From contig OZ243972.1 in the NCBI GenBank assembly GCA_965214705.1, positions 800,001-864,000 on the forward strand: a stretch of 64,000 nt of DNA, in the 5' to 3' direction. This document shows positions 49,853 through 60,837 of this stretch, in pieces. The first letter of the stretch is position 1. Each line of letters starts with the position of its first letter. Made by a program: the position numbers and the translations under genes. Source of the DNA: Alphaproteobacteria bacterium (GTDB lineage Bacteria > Pseudomonadota > Alphaproteobacteria > UBA828). Below the pieces are notes generated by a model. It was given only the letters and a program-made list of their open reading frames with translations. It was not told the origin of the DNA and ran no database searches.

Positions 49853-51081
49853 GACGGCTCGGCCCGCTTCCAGACCGGGAATGGATCCTTGAGCTTTTTC
49901 CAGGCAGCAGGCTGCATGGCTTTGGCGTTGGCATCGCCGACAAGGCAGGCGTCGAGCCGGCGTCGGATCGCGGCCTCGTCCATGTCGGTGCCGATGAAGA
50001 CGATTTCCTGGTGGCGGTCTCCGTAGACGGGATCCCAGGATTTGGCGATGTTCCGACGCCATTCCGGGTGATCGGGCCAATGTTCCTTGGGGGCGTTCGC
50101 CCACCAGAAGCCCACGGCCCTATGGCGGACAAGCGCGCCGGCCTGGCTCAACTCGCCGACCCATTCAGGACGGTTGGCCAACCAGAAGCGCCCCTTGGCA
50201 CGAATGACCCCCGGCCACGACGAGTTGATGAAGGCGTGGAATTTCTCGGGATGAAAGGGACGGCGTGCCTGATACACGAAGCTGCGCACCCCATACTCCT
50301 CGGTCTCCGGCTTGTGCTCGGCGAAGCCGTATAGCTCCTTGAACCAAAGCGGGTGTTCCTGAGCCTTGTCATGGTCGAACCGGCCGGTGTTCAGCACCTT
50401 GTCCAGCGACACACGGGACATGCTGGTCTCGATGAGTTCCGCATCGGTGTTGAGCGACCGGATGATCTTGCGCGCGGCATCGAGCTGTTCGGGCCTTGCC
50501 GCATCGATCTTGTTCAGAATGATGACGTCGGCGAATTCGATCTGATCGACGAGCAGATTGACCAGCGCGCGGTTGTCGTCCTCGCCCAGCGCCTCGCCCC
50601 GGTCCTTGAGGAAATCGGTTGATGCGTAGTCGCGCAGGAGGTTTGCGGCATCGACCACGGTCACCATCGTATCGAGGCGCGAGACATCCTCCAGGCTCTC
50701 GCCCTCTTCCGTCCGGAAGTTGAAGGTGGCCGCTACGGGCAGCGGCTCGGAAATGCCGGTCGATTCGATGAGAAGGTAGTCGAACCGGCCATCCTGAGCG
50801 AGCCGACGCACCTCCTTGAGAAGGTCATCGCGCAACGTGCAGCAGATGCAGCCATTGGTCATTTCGACCAGAGTCTCTTCGGTGTGGCTCAGATCTGCGC
50901 CGCCGTCGCGGATGAGATCGGCGTCGATGTTCACCTCGCTCATGTCGTTGACGATGACCGCGACGCGCTTGCCTTCGCGGTTGTTAAGGATGTGGTTCAT
51001 CAGCGTGGTCTTGCCGGCGCCAAGGAAGCCGGAAAGTACGGTGACGGGCAGAATGGGTCGTTCCAGGGGCTGGGTTGTCAT
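49849..51081 (-). CDS. zigA: Zinc metallochaperone GTPase (COG0523, ZigA/YciC-like)
   Basis: [57 protein letters not shown]. Confidence 0.9.
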   Translation of the reverse strand: MTTQPLERPILPVTVLSGFLGAGKTTLMNHILNNREGKRVAVIVNDMSEVNIDADLIRDGGADLSHTEETLVEMTNGCICCTLRDDLLKEVRRLAQDGRFDYLLIESTGISEPLPVAATFNFRTEEGESLEDVSRLDTMVTVVDAANLLRDYASTDFLKDRGEALGEDDNRALVNLLVDQIEFADVIILNKIDAARPEQLDAARKIIRSLNTDAELIETSMSRVSLDKVLNTGRFDHDKAQEHPLWFKELYGFAEHKPETEEYGVRSFVYQARRPFHPEKFHAFINSSWPGVIRAKGRFWLANRPEWVGELSQAGALVRHRAVGFWWANAPKEHWPDHPEWRRNIAKSWDPVYGDRHQEIVFIGTDMDEAAIRRRLDACLVGDANAKAMQPAAWKKLKDPFPVWKRAEPS

Positions 51082-51153
51082 GGCAATTCTTCAGAGCGTG
51101 ATTGCGACGTCGGGGGCGCTGGGTGCGAGCGCCGCCTGGCTCGTTGGAGACCC

Positions 51154-51657
51154 TCAAAGCTGCGTCGGATTCGGCGCGTCACCGTAGACGTCCTTTGGAT
51201 CAAAGGACCTCCGTGACTCCGCGAACACGAGTCGAACAGGTCCACCAGAAGGGCCGCCGAGCTCAACCGACCGGTAGAAGCAGGAACGGTATCCGACGTG
51301 ACAACTGGCGCCCGAACCGGCGACCCGGACGCGCAGCCAGACGGCGTCCTGGTCGTCGTCGATGCGCATCTCGACAACCTCTTGGACGAGGCCGCTGGTT
51401 GCGCCCTTGCGCCAAAGGCACTGGCGGCTTCGGCTCCAGTAGTGCGCTTCGCCGGTCGCGATCGTTCGCTGCAGAGCCTCACCATTCATGTAGCCCAGCA
51501 TCAACACTTCGCCCGTGTTGGCGTCGGTCGTGATGCAGGGGAGCAGTCCGTCGGCATCGAACTTGGGTGCCAAGGCGAGGCCTTCCTCGACCTGCTCGAC
51601 CGTCGTCCGGGCAGCGAAGGCGGCGACGGCTGCTGGAACGGATTTGTCAGGAGCCAT
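51154..51657 (-). CDS. hisI: Phosphoribosyl-AMP cyclohydrolase
   Basis: [36 protein letters not shown]. Confidence 0.92.
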   Translation of the reverse strand: MAPDKSVPAAVAAFAARTTVEQVEEGLALAPKFDADGLLPCITTDANTGEVLMLGYMNGEALQRTIATGEAHYWSRSRQCLWRKGATSGLVQEVVEMRIDDDQDAVWLRVRVAGSGASCHVGYRSCFYRSVELGGPSGGPVRLVFAESRRSFDPKDVYGDAPNPTQL

Positions 51658-52300
51658 TGGAGCCGCTTCGGGGGCTTCCGATCATCGCGAGAAACTCCCG
51701 GCGGGTCGCCGGGTCGTCGCGAAAGGAGCCGAGCATGCGGCTGGTCACCATGCTGACACCCGGCTTGCGAATCCCGCGCGTGGTCATGCATTGGTGCGCC
51801 GCCTCGATGACGACACCGACACCGCGCGGCTTCAGCACCTCCTGTAAGGTATCCGCGATCTGCGACGTCAGCGCCTCCTGGATCTGCATCCGCTTGGCGA
51901 GCACCTCGACAAGGCGCGCAAGCTTGGAAATCCCGACGATGCGGCCCGCCGGCAGGTAACCGATATGCGCCTTACCCAGGATGGGAACCATGTGGTGCTC
52001 GCAGTGCGATTCGAGGCGGATGTCGCGCAAGACGATCATCTCGTCGTAGGCGGCGGTCTCCTCGAACGTCGTCGCAAGCAGCGCGACCGGATCTTCGTTG
52101 TATCCGGCGAAGAACTCCTCATAGGCCCGCACCACGCGCGCGGGCGTGCCTGCGAGGCCTTCGCGGTCGGGGTCGTCGCCCGTCCATTCGATCAGCGTCC
52201 GCACCGCCGCTTCCGCCTCGGACCGGCTGGGCCGTCGGCGCCCGCCCGAGCCGGTGAACACTGATTCTGTGGGCCGGCTTCCGACCACCGCTGTGTCCAT
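51647..52300 (-). CDS. folE: GTP cyclohydrolase I (type IA)
   Basis: [34 protein letters not shown]. Confidence 0.95.
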   Translation of the reverse strand: MDTAVVGSRPTESVFTGSGGRRRPSRSEAEAAVRTLIEWTGDDPDREGLAGTPARVVRAYEEFFAGYNEDPVALLATTFEETAAYDEMIVLRDIRLESHCEHHMVPILGKAHIGYLPAGRIVGISKLARLVEVLAKRMQIQEALTSQIADTLQEVLKPRGVGVVIEAAHQCMTTRGIRKPGVSMVTSRMLGSFRDDPATRREFLAMIGSPRSGSNGS

Positions 52301-52347
52301 GTCAAACCCTTTCCGGCGGCCACGCCCGGCTCTTGAGTAACTTCTCT

Positions 52348-53772
52348 CTAAGCCGTTGACATAGAGGCATTTGTGTTTTTGTTGTCGTCGTCGATCTCGA
52401 CCAGTTGGAAGCCGAGCTTCTTGGCCTGTCGACGGAGCGAAGAGAACTTTCGGTCCAGGCGTCGGCTCTCGTAGACCTCCATCCCCTTCTCGGCATATTG
52501 CTGGCCGCGGGTCACCATCAGGTAGATCAGGCAGGCGAGTTCTCGGGCGGTGGCGACAACGGCTACGCTGGTGTCCATCCGGGCGAGGCGGCTGCGGTGC
52601 TTGGCGCCGATGAAGGTTTGGCTGGTGCGAGCGGTCATGGCCGCCATGCGCAGTGCCTGGCCAACGCGGTTGACCACCTTGGGCCCCCGGCCCGGCAACG
52701 GTTTGCCGCCGCTGATCCTGGTCCCAGGCGCCAGCCCCAGCCAGGAACTGAAGTGCTGTGCGGAGGGAAAGGCGGAGAAGTCAGGACCGATCTCGGCGGC
52801 GATCACCAGGGCAGTGTTGACGCCGACGGTGGGGATTGCGGTGAGATCGACCCCCATCATCTTATGCAGCGCCATAGCCATGGCCTTATCCTGCCCGCGG
52901 AGCGCCCTGCCGCTGCTGCTTGGGGTCTCGTTCGACGCCGTGCCCGATGATCCGACACTGGGAGTGTCCTCGGGCGTACCCTCATCCGTCGGATCGTCCG
53001 GCGGGGTCAGGTGCTCAACCTCCGCCATGATCCGCGCCTCGCAGTCCGCGATCTGCTGCTCCAGAAAGTCGTAGCGCTGCATCGCCTGCTCAAGCGCGAA
53101 CAGGTGCTCCTCGCGCCAAGTGCCCTCCAGGCTCGCGGCAATCGTGTCGGCGCTGGCCTTGATCCGCCTGTCGCGAAGCGACGCCAGCCGCCCGGGGTCG
53201 CGCTCGCCGGCGATGATCGCCCGCAGGATGCGCTCACCCGTCTTCCCCATGATATCGCTGATCACCGAGTCCAGACGCACGTTCATCTGGGTCAGCGCCT
53301 TCTGCATATGCAGCACGCAGCGAGAGCGGTCCTCGATCAACTGCTTCGCCTGGCGCATGAAGGAGCGCAACGGGCAGATCGCGTCGCCCGGCCGGAAGGC
53401 GCCGCGCAGAAGGCCGTAGGACATCAGCTGCCAGATCCACTGGCAGTCCAGCACATCGCTCTTGCGCCCGCCGATCTGCTTCGTCATCCGGGGCGGCACA
53501 AGCATCACCTCGAAGCCGGCTCGATCCAGGACCTCGTAAACCGGGATCCAGTAGACCGAGGTCGACTCCATCGCCACCTTCGTCACACCGCACGACTTCA
53601 GCCACTCGGCCATCGCATCCAGGTCGCGCGTGAACGCGCCGAACTCCCTCACCGGTTCCTCGGCTCGCTCCGGATCCACCGCCACGAAGTGCCGGTCCTT
53701 GCCGATGTCGATCCCGGCGCAATTCGGGTGCACTACCTTGAGGCGCTGCCTCCTTCTCCGCTTGCGCGCCAT
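52348..53772 (-). CDS. IS110-family DEDD recombinase/transposase
   Basis: [35 protein letters not shown]. Confidence 0.93.
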   Translation of the reverse strand: MARKRRRRQRLKVVHPNCAGIDIGKDRHFVAVDPERAEEPVREFGAFTRDLDAMAEWLKSCGVTKVAMESTSVYWIPVYEVLDRAGFEVMLVPPRMTKQIGGRKSDVLDCQWIWQLMSYGLLRGAFRPGDAICPLRSFMRQAKQLIEDRSRCVLHMQKALTQMNVRLDSVISDIMGKTGERILRAIIAGERDPGRLASLRDRRIKASADTIAASLEGTWREEHLFALEQAMQRYDFLEQQIADCEARIMAEVEHLTPPDDPTDEGTPEDTPSVGSSGTASNETPSSSGRALRGQDKAMAMALHKMMGVDLTAIPTVGVNTALVIAAEIGPDFSAFPSAQHFSSWLGLAPGTRISGGKPLPGRGPKVVNRVGQALRMAAMTARTSQTFIGAKHRSRLARMDTSVAVVATARELACLIYLMVTRGQQYAEKGMEVYESRRLDRKFSSLRRQAKKLGFQLVEIDDDNKNTNASMSTA

Positions 53773-54015
53773 CGAGAGCCCCCCCAAACTCCGTTGACGT
53801 TGCGGGTGGGGAGGAACCGCGGCGAAGTCTCAATCTCTTGAACGAGGTCACGGGCGAACCCGCGCCATCAGTGACAGAAGCCGATCACGGTTCGGGCCAA
53901 GCTTCCAAACGGGTGCCCTCGCACGCCACTGAAGGGACGGCCTCGTCTGCCCTACCCGCTACCACTTCACGCTTCAACCGTCGAAGACTCAACCCCAGTC
54001 GAAGACTCTACCCCC
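53773..54015 (-). ncRNA. Candidate IS110 bridge/seek RNA region
   Basis: Non-coding IS end containing TCAAGAG (minus strand, 53835-53841), identical to the other IS end plus core; structure not computed. Confidence 0.4.
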
Positions 54016-54093
54016 AGTTACTTCAGCGACTGAGCCGCTGCGCCGCAGTGGTGGTGGCTTCCAAGGGGGGCTGGGCGCTTGCAATCGATCAAC

Positions 54094-54111
54094 GCAACGT
54101 TATAGCGTTGC
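54094..54111. promoter_or_regulatory. Putative Zur box for the folE-hisI-zigA operon
   Basis: Palindrome GCAACG-TTATAG-CGTTGC shares the AACGTTATA core with the 40317 box; it would lie about 90 nt from the folE start in the empty site. Confidence 0.6.
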
Positions 54112-54357
54112 ATACTCAAAGCGCAATAGAGATCAAGCCGATGACGCTCCCGTCGACCCAGCCTCGGCACTGCACCGTGTTGTTAAGCACGCTTTGTTGA
54201 CCCCCCACAATCCGGCCAGATCAATGGGTTACTGCGCCGATCGGCACCGAACCCGTACGCCAATCAACAAACTGACTGACCACGCCACTCAAACCGCCCC
54301 TCTGAAAGTGGTTATCACCCAAATCCACATAAGAGCGCTGGCTGACGGTCGTGCAAC

Positions 54358-55389
54358 TCAGTCGGGCTTGCGGGCAAGGAAGCAATAGAGCGGAGTGAAT
54401 ATGCCCAATTTGCCGCCCGCGACATAGGCGTTCGCCGTGCGGTCCATCAGTTGGACAACGGCCGCTGAACCATTGGGAAAGAGCCGGAGCACCTCCGCCA
54501 TCCGCAGACCCGCGAATATCGCCCTGCGACCCAAGGGCGTCCTGCGAAAAGCGTTGCCCAATGTCCCGCTCCGGCCTTCCATTGGCCGATGCCACGGTAT
54601 GCCCTGGCCTTCCCTGTCGTCCCTGTTCGCTGCTTCGATGACGTCGAAGCCCGCAGCCTCAAGCGCGCGATTCACCTCCGAGAACGTGGCGATCTCTTTC
54701 AGGGCAATTCCCCGCTTGAGTTCATCCTTGATAGTGCGGTGACGGCTGTCGCTGGGGTCAAACTTTTCCGTCATGCACATCTCCTGACCCCACAGCAGGG
54801 CTCCCGGTTTGAGCACACGATATATCTCCGCAAACGCGCGCTCCTTGTCCGGCGCGTGGCAGGTCGACTCGATGGCATAACCCGCATCGAACGAGTTGGC
54901 CTCAATCGCACTCATATCCATGAAGTTGCATTTGATATACTCCGCCATATCGTCGAGCCCCGTCTCGATATTCCTCCGCTTGGCCTGTTCCAACTGCTGT
55001 TCGTTATTGTTGAGGCCGACAACCCTGGTGCCGCCTTCGCGGATGACCCGCCGCATGGGACCGCCCACGCCGCAGCCGACATCGACAACCACCATGCCCT
55101 CTCGTAATTCCAGCTTCTCGATCATCAGACGCTGATGGCGAACGACCGAGTCCTCCAGAGATTCCTCGCGCGTCAATGGCGCGAAATGCAGGGACTCGCC
55201 CCACCCGAATTGCATGATTCCGCTGCACAGCTCGTAGTAATCGTTCACCGTCTCGGTGAAGTCATAATCGCCGTCATCGGCATCGGCCCGCTCCATTCTG
55301 TCGAATCGATCACCGAAGCGTGCTACACGACCTCTGACGTCCCGGACTTGGTAAAGGATCCGCAGGTATCTGGACAAACTTGCTAACAT
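54358..55389 (-). CDS. Sterol C24-methyltransferase-like SAM-dependent methyltransferase (ERG6/SMT family)
   Basis: VNDYY....GWGESLHFAP, VDVGCGVGGP, GLNNN..Q, AIESTCHAP, EIYRVLKPG, AGGKLGIFTP.Y..ARKP. Confidence 0.88.
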   Translation of the reverse strand: MLASLSRYLRILYQVRDVRGRVARFGDRFDRMERADADDGDYDFTETVNDYYELCSGIMQFGWGESLHFAPLTREESLEDSVVRHQRLMIEKLELREGMVVVDVGCGVGGPMRRVIREGGTRVVGLNNNEQQLEQAKRRNIETGLDDMAEYIKCNFMDMSAIEANSFDAGYAIESTCHAPDKERAFAEIYRVLKPGALLWGQEMCMTEKFDPSDSRHRTIKDELKRGIALKEIATFSEVNRALEAAGFDVIEAANRDDREGQGIPWHRPMEGRSGTLGNAFRRTPLGRRAIFAGLRMAEVLRLFPNGSAAVVQLMDRTANAYVAGGKLGIFTPLYCFLARKPD

Positions 55390-55825
55390 GTGCTGCCTCG
55401 TTTATTGTCCATCTCGCAGTTTAGCTCTTTGGTAGCGGATGGCAACGACGCCGGAAGCATTTGCTAGTCTTACAGCGGCTTGTCTCCACATCACAAGGGA
55501 GGGATCCAGGCGAGGGGAGGCGCCCTTCGCCGCCGGCACCGGGGAAAAAACTAAGCGAAGCCGGTTGACGGCTGGTGCCGGGACCATCGACATGGCCCTG
55601 CTGTCGGGCTCATGCGCCGTCCATTTCGCTGACGAACTCAACGGTCGTTTCATTACACTAAAGGCGCCGAGCACGGGCCACTAGCAATGCAGGGGCCGTC
55701 GAGGCGACCCCAAAGACGTGACGGGTGGCGAAAACCGGGCTAAATTTCGCGCGACATGGTGAGAGGGGGCGCTTGTCTGGGAACGATCGGCCCCCATCTC
55801 AGCTCTTATGGGAGGCCTTGGCCCG

Positions 55826-57613
55826 ATGCCCGACTCGGCCGCTACGGCCCAAGAGCTGCGTCTGCCCGAGGAGCTTATCCTGATGCTCCTCAACGAGCAG
55901 AACGGCTATTTCCACCAGGTCCCCGGCTGGAATCTGAACTGCGCGGTGGTGGGCGCGGTGCTCGCGGAACTCTCCCTGCTCTCGCGCATTGACACTGATC
56001 TCGATTCGCTGATCCTCGCCGATTCAGCGGAGACAGGCGATCCGGTGCTCGATCCCGTCCTAAAGGAAATCGCCGGGGAGTCCGTTCAACGGGACGCCGT
56101 GTACTGGATCGAACGGCTTGCCAGCAAGGCGGAGTCGATCATCGACCACACCCTCGAACGCTTGGTCGAGCTGAAGATCCTGGAGCATCACGACGGCGAT
56201 TTCTGGACGCTGGCCGCCGCGACGTGGCGCGAGGAGTTGTCCGGTGGTTCCCAGGAAGGCACCGTTGGCCAGTTCGTAAAAACGCGTGTCCTCAAGGCGC
56301 TCTTCACCGAAGAGATTCCCGACCCCAGGGACATCATCGTCATCTGCCTCGTCAATACGTGCGACGTCTTTCGCTTCATGTTCGAAATCGACGACGAGAC
56401 CCAAGAGCGGATCGATTTCATTTGCCGGATGGATTTGATCGGCCGTTCCATCGCCGCCGCGGTCGAGCACAACATCTCCAGCCCGTCGCTGCGGCCTTCG
56501 GCGCTGACTAAGAAAATACCCGTCGTCCCCCTGCACAAGCTCTTGCTGAACCCGCGTCTTCGGGGCGGCAACATCGCCGCCATTTTCGCGCACATCGCGG
56601 AAGAACACGGTCCGGTTTTCCAAATCCGTCCTCCGTTCCAGGAACCCACGACCTTCCTCGCCGGGCCCCAAGTCAACCGTTGGATACACCGGAACGGGCG
56701 CATGTATCTGCGGTCCAGGGACTATTTCACCGACATCGAGAAGGTTTATGGCGCGTCCGGGGTGATTGCCTCGCTCGACGGGGCCGACCATTTTCAACTG
56801 CGCAAGGCGATGCAGCCGGGCACTTCCCGCGGGAGGCTGGAGGATCGACTGCATGACCTCTACGGCCATGCTCGCGCGTTTATGGCGGACTGGAATGTGG
56901 GATCGTCGCTGCCGGCGACCAGCATGTGCCGACTGATGATCAACGCGCAGATATCCCCGCTGGTCATCAGCATTGATTCACAGGACTTCGTGGAGGACCT
57001 GATCAGATTCAAAGAGCGCGCGCTCACCACCCACGTGGCCAAAGTTCTGCCCAAGTTCATGCTGAACACCCCATCGATGAAACGTGCGTCAAGGGCCATC
57101 GACGTCGGGGTACAGCGGATCCTGGGCCTCCACACGCCCGCCCAGCGGGTCGGTTGCCCGCGGGATCTCGCCGACGACCTGCTCAGCCTCCACGCCAGTG
57201 ACCCGCAGTTCCTGCCCGAATCGAACCTGGCCTTCGCTCTTTCGACGCCCATGCTGGCTAGCATGTATCTGGGAGACGCGTTCGGCTGCGCGCTCTACGC
57301 CATGGCGTCGCAGCCTACGCTCTACGAACGGATCCGTGCCGAAGCCGACGCCCTCTTCGAGAACGGCGATCCGGATGCCAAGGACTTCGCCGACGAGTCC
57401 ATCGACGTTACGCGGCGCTTCATCTTGGAATGCCTGCGCATGTACCCCATCGTGCCCGCGTCCATCCGCAACGTCATGAATTCATGCGTTGTCGAGGGCC
57501 ACGAGCTGCCCGTGGGGGCGCGCATCGCCATCGCCTCGACGGCGCCGCATTACATGAGCGACGTCTTCCCGGACCCCTTCACATTCGACATCGACCGCTA
57601 TCTGCCGCCGCGT
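55826..57613 (+). pseudogene. GPP34/GOLPH3 domain-cytochrome P450 fusion, 3' truncated (no heme-Cys motif)
   Basis: N-terminal LPEELILMLL...GAVLAEL....RID...TGDPVLD (GPP34); C-terminal ECLR (ExxR) and FDIDRY; the sequence switches to ISAs1 DNA before FxxGxxxC. Confidence 0.8.
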
Positions 57614-58980
57614 GCGCGCCCCGGTCGAGCAGGTAGCGGGCGAACTTGCGCTGGGTTAGCAGCGCGTCCGTCGTGACCGTCTTGCCCGCGATGTTCGGGA
57701 TCAGGTCCACCAGCGCCGTCACGGTGCCGATCTCGTTGGTGCGCTTTGTCTCCTCGTCGGCCCCGACTTTCAGGAGAAGTTTTTTTGGGCGAGCGTGGCC
57801 TTGGTCTCGTGCCCGACCGCGCTCATGACATGAGCCTGGGTCCCGTCCTCGTCGATGGCCCCCCTCAGGGTCTTGCCGTCGATGGCAAGCGCCGCGTCGC
57901 CTGAGCCGTGGGCCTCCTGCCACTTGCGCAACGCCTCGTCCAACTGGTCCGGGTCCACCCGGATCACCACATTGCGGATGGTCGACATCGAAGGCGGCCG
58001 GCGCACCCCGTCGCGCAGCCGCACGCCGAAGCGGGCCAGCGCCTTCTCGCCGAGATCGTCGACCCACTCGGAGATGGCCTTCCAGCCTCGCATGCCGCAG
58101 AGCGTCGCGCCACTCGCAAGCGCGAGCACGCTGGGCAGCGAATGCCGCCGTCCCTTGCGCGTGCGGGGGTCGTCGATGTCCTTGAAGTAGGCGTAGAGCG
58201 ACTCTTGCTGAGCGGCGCTGATCATGGTTCTCGGAACTCCTTTCTTCCACAACTCCCGATCCAGCCCGGCAGCGGACAGCCGGCGGCAGGCGTCGGGAAC
58301 CAGGGGGCGCAGCAGCACAAGCTTCGGCGTCGAGCCGGCGACATAGCCCGAGCGGTGGCGCCGGAAGCCGCGGGTCTGGCCGACCGCCAGCCATCCAGCC
58401 GCCCGGTAGACCGTGCCCCGGAACCTCGCCGCGTCCACGAATGTTTCCAGCATCAGCACGGGGTGGCCGAAGCGGGCCGGCCAGTCGCGCGCCAAGCGCC
58501 GCGCGCAAAGCCCCAGCACCCGCGAGCCGAGGTTCGGAACACCCCGTCCCGGCAGGATCAGGAAGCGCGCGTTGTTCGCGATCAGATGCAGCCGCCCGTG
58601 CTGCGTGCGGAAGTCCCAGCCGATCCACTCGTCCCGCGCCCGGCACTTGCGCGCCGCAGCCGAAAACACGGCCAGCGCCAGCCACTCGCCGCGCCGATGG
58701 GCGACGTACCACGCCGTCGCCCCCACCTTCGCAGACGCACCCAGGTAGTGATGCCCCTCCATCAGCGCGCGGAACCGGGCCTCGTCCTCCGGCCGGACAG
58801 CAGCGACATCGACCTCGGAAAGATCCACCGTAGAAACCGTCCCCCTGCTCGAAGCCGATCCGCAGCAGAACACCGCGAATCCAGTCGCCTCAATCCATAG
58901 CAGGGTTGGCGCGCGCTGACCAGACCCAAGGTCAACTCGTAGCGCAGAACTCAAAATCAGGCTTGGACAAATTCGCCCTG
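57612..58980 (-). mobile_element. Truncated ISAs1-family element (DUF4338 + transposase, -1 frameshift site)
   Basis: HHYLG, NNARFLIL, LETFVD (DUF4338); DPR..KG.RH, AIDGKTLRG, NEI, TTDALLTQ; slippery A-AAA-AAC at 57779-57786; CAGGG end at 58980; 3' half missing. Confidence 0.8.
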
Positions 58981-59302
58981 CCGTCGGCCCCATGGCGGCT
59001 TGACTGGCCGCACGTAATGCAGAACCCTGCTGCCATGTTGATCCTCAGCGCTCCCACCGGTCGCAGGGACGGCAGAGGCAGGTATGACACTGGCGCCTCT
59101 TGCGCAGCGAACGCGTCGGCGGAAAGGTACGCTGAGTCACATCCTTCAAGCCAAGTACCGACCTCGCTGACGTTGCACGGTGTCAGCCAAGAACGGTGGA
59201 GAGGACACAAACGTAGTGCCATAATCCAGGGCCGAGAATAATTTAACGCCGCCTTTTCAACAACTTGGACCTCGCGCTCGGACTAAAATGGCGAAGATGG
59301 GT

Positions 59303-59831
59303 CAAGAACAAACGTCTCGTCAGCCTCGACGATCCCGGCAAGCCGGTCCGGCGCCTGGCGCACCGCCGCCAGAAAGCGGTGGCGCCAGCGATGCGCCGTG
59401 CTCGGCGCAATCCCGCAGCGCGCGGCAGACTCCTTGATCGTCTCGCCCTCGGCAAGCGACGCGCCAAAGGCCAGCCAGCGCTCCTTGTGGTGAAGCCCGG
59501 ACAGTGCCGTGCCCGTGAGCGCACCGAAGGTCTTGCCGCACTCCTTGCACCGGAAGCGGCGAAGACCGCGCGCCTTGCCCCGCGACACCGCCCCGCCGGC
59601 GCCGCAATGCGGACAGCGCCGCTCGTCATCCACGCCCAGCTCGATCGCTGCCAGCGAGGCCGCGCCCTCCGGCGGGTCCGACAGCACCGCCGCGACCTCC
59701 TTGCGCTGCGACGCCGTCAACTCATCGACACGCGAGAACCAGTCCCGAAACCGCTCGTGATCCATCTCTCTGACCCCCAATGCGAATCGGGAGCGATTCT
59801 ATCACGGTGCATACGTTTCACGAATTGAGCC
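59303..59831 (-). mobile_element. Truncated IS1595-family element
   Basis: CPHC..RFRCKEC zinc ribbon, HTH, GIVEADET then break (ORF 59765-59283); GGC-starting end at 59831. Confidence 0.8.
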
Positions 59832-59897
59832 TTAGAAAAAGGCACTAGTCTAGAGCCAGCAAAACCGGTGTGAAGCAGGAAGGTATAGACCCTGCTC

Positions 59898-60109
59898 GGG
59901 TGTAGTTCTCGTATGGCGATGATTGACTCGGCTTGATCCATGAGTTCCTGCGGTGCGGAGCATCCTCACCTCCCGGTGACGCCCACTGTCGTGACAAAAG
60001 CCCGCCCTGGAACGGGCGATTGTCACGAAACTACGATTTCGCCTGTTTGCCTCGACCCATGAACCACGTTGTATCAATGGCTTACGATTGCCATACGAGA
60101 ACTACACCC
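59898..60109. mobile_element. MITE / internally deleted ISKra4-related element (212 bp)
   Basis: 20-bp perfect TIR GGGTGTAGTTCTCGTATGGC; interior is homologous to 62350-62516 of the neighbouring IS. Confidence 0.75.
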
Positions 60110-60290
60110 CGTCGTTGAGCTTCGCGATGCCGATGAGGGTGTACATCACCGCCGCTTGCTCGCCGCCAAGATCAGAGCCGGCGCACAGCCAGGAATTGCG
60201 TCCGAGTGCAATACCGCGAAGCGCTCGCTCGCCCGCGTTGTTTGTCAGGCAGATGTGGCCATCATCTAGGAAGCGGGCATACCGACAAAC
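60110..60290 (-). pseudogene. IS66 TnpC fragment
   Basis: FLDDGHICLTNNAGERALRGIALGR..WL.AGSD.GG..AA.MYTLIG.AKLND. Confidence 0.85.
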
Positions 60291-60311
60291 CAAAGCCGCT
60301 GGCTGCCCTCG

Positions 60312-60837
60312 TTAGAGAGCAATCGCAGCCAAGAACATTATGCCGCCTTCGACGCGCTGTTGGATGGTCTGAAGCTTGGCGAAACCGTGCTTCCCGGCCG
60401 CACCGTGAGTTGCCTCGTTGAAGATGTGGAACAGCTGAAGAATGTCGTCGATATCCTTTTCGACGAACCCGAGTATTTCTGGCGAATCGACACCCTTCCG
60501 CTTCAGCAGGTAGCGAATCTTGGCGCGGCGCGATGGCCCAGTTCTATTGGGCGTAAGCTCGCAGTTAGGGTCGGCTTCCAAGACATCCTCGTTGTCCGCC
60601 CATTTGTCGAGAATCTCCGTGAAAACCTCTCGCGCACTGGTGCAGAAGTGCCGCCCGGCGTCCGGATTATCCGGATTGAGGGAAAAGAGCGCCCCACGCC
60701 AGCGGTCGCAAAGGTCCTGAGAGAACCCAGATAAGTACTCCAGGATTCCGGAGTCCTGAACGCTTTCGGAAACCTTTGTCTGTTCCACAATGAGGGCTTC
60801 AGCCACCGCCGCACTGTTGCTAGCTTCCTTCTCCGAC
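60312..60837 (-). pseudogene. Predicted pPIWI-associating nuclease-like protein, 5' truncated by IS
   Basis: RWRGALFSLNPDNPDAGRHFCTSARE...RRAKIRY...FNEATHG; the frame runs into the IS end at 60838; lower GC. Confidence 0.6.

Larger units (their letters stand above)
52332..54031 (-). mobile_element. IS110-family (IS1111-like) insertion sequence
   Basis: Sub-terminal IR AGTAACT (52336-52342) / AGTTACT (54016-54022); CT core at both junctions (52330-31 and 54030-31); about 260-nt non-coding end upstream of the transposase. Confidence 0.75.

Noticed and set aside
53975-54020. Short direct repeats GTCGAAGACTC as a CRISPR array
   Set aside because: Only two short units with no spacers and no cas genes; they lie inside the IS110 end
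58230-58830. Druantia DruA defence gene (DUF4338)
   Set aside because: The domain is fused in frame to an ISAs1 transposase, and no other Druantia genes are present
48699-59862. 12-bp TAGAGCCAGCAA at about 48699 and 59851 as att sites or a target duplication
   Set aside because: Short match with no integrase or matching element ends; could be chance
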